Source: Tubulanus polymorphus | Lineage: Eukaryota; Animalia; Nemertea | NCBI RefSeq assembly: GCF_964204645.1 | Contig: NC_134029.1 | Coordinates: 6,138,001-6,202,000, forward strand | DNA: 64,000 nt | Direction of reading: 5' to 3' | In this document: in pieces, positions 63,301 to 64,000 of the stretch | Position numbering within the stretch: position 1 is the first letter of the stretch | Layout of the letters: every line of letters starts with the position of its first letter | The notes under the pieces: generated by a model | Seen by the model: the letters and a program-made list of their open reading frames with translations, nothing else | Database searches by the model: none | What the model was told of the DNA's origin: nothing | Position numbers and translations under genes: made by a program

Positions 63301-64000
63301 CGTTGTTATTTTCATTCAAACCGGGCAGCGACGATCTTCGCCTACGATAAATACTGTTTCGCATCTTCGGTTCACCCTGTCCTCGACTACTGGCGCGACG
63401 AATCAGGCCTTCGAAATTCAATCGTATTTTTGTACCAGCGTCCGGTGTACTAACGGGCGATGAACTCGTCGACCAAGGTAGACCATGCGATGGGCTCCCA
63501 CCACCTGGGCTTAAATCCACGCTTGCAGACGTTACTACGGGCGTCGTAAGCATAGCCAAGGGTGAAACTAATGATTGTATATTACGCCTTCTACTAGAAG
63601 GTACCCGTTGCAAAATCGGTCGGTCCATTTCAATTTCCGCTTGTTCTGGGTAACTAGGTATCGAAAGGCCAATCCGCACCGTATCGCAGGAGCTAAAGTT
63701 TCTTCTCCCAACTTGAAGGGTCGATACAGAATTATGTACACCCGTTTCACTCGGTTCCAAATAATGGAATAAACTTTCTTTTCGCCTAGTATGCGGAGCC
63801 TGCTTTAGAGTATCAAACCCGAAAGGCGTTTTCGTTTTGAAATGCGCCAATCCCATGGCGGCCAACGACTGTGGATCAGCATTCGTATTATCAAATGAAA
63901 CATCATCGGTCGACACGGATTGTTCGTCTCCGAATTTTAGTGTTGGACTGTGACTCGGACTGACCGGTGCTGATCGAGGATGTTTCAGTGAACTAGGTAG
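60309..64000 (-). CDS. C2CD4-family-like protein with tandem synaptotagmin-type C2A-C2B domains, 5'-partial
   Basis: Minus-strand exons >64000-62705 (frame open to the window edge; DPQSLAAMGL..FGFDTL..PHTRRKESLFH, then C2A), 61466-61352 and 60643-60309 (C2B: DAYVKIEL, TSIKKKTLNPAFNQTF, HW). GT-AG introns, phases consistent. Confidence 0.88.
61677..61753. repeat. 38-bp tandem duplication (2 copies, 1 mismatch)
   Basis: tgaataacc(c/a)caacgatacgcgctgaaagggtagaaca x2, intronic. Confidence 0.9.

Overview
Eukaryotic, intron-containing animal DNA, AT-rich with no obvious CpG depletion. The gene content suggests a marine invertebrate, probably a spiralian (inference). There are no prokaryotic features and no CRISPR array. 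1-32 kb, + strand: three tandem glycine-receptor/GluCl-like Cys-loop anion channel genes. A is 5'-partial; B and C are complete 8-exon genes that I spliced by hand from GT-AG sites. Between B and C lies a full-length, apparently intact APE-RT LINE with a 9-bp TSD. Its ORF2 follows ORF1 in the same frame after a single TAG and has no ATG before the endonuclease, which points to stop-codon readthrough. 42-44 kb: an intronless orphan class A GPCR. 49-64 kb, all on the minus strand: 9-exon GALK2, two tandem peptide-receptor-like GPCRs with mosaic identity, an orphan disordered protein, and a 5'-partial C2CD4-motif protein with tandem C2 domains. Small elements include MITEs, a tRNA-derived SINE, a decayed hammerhead-type palindrome and ~30-bp CATAGA hairpins with 7-bp TSDs that look like P-element excision footprints. 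The strongest leads are the readthrough LINE and the channel cluster with rewired ligand-binding and pore residues. All assignments come from reading motifs by eye; no database search was run.
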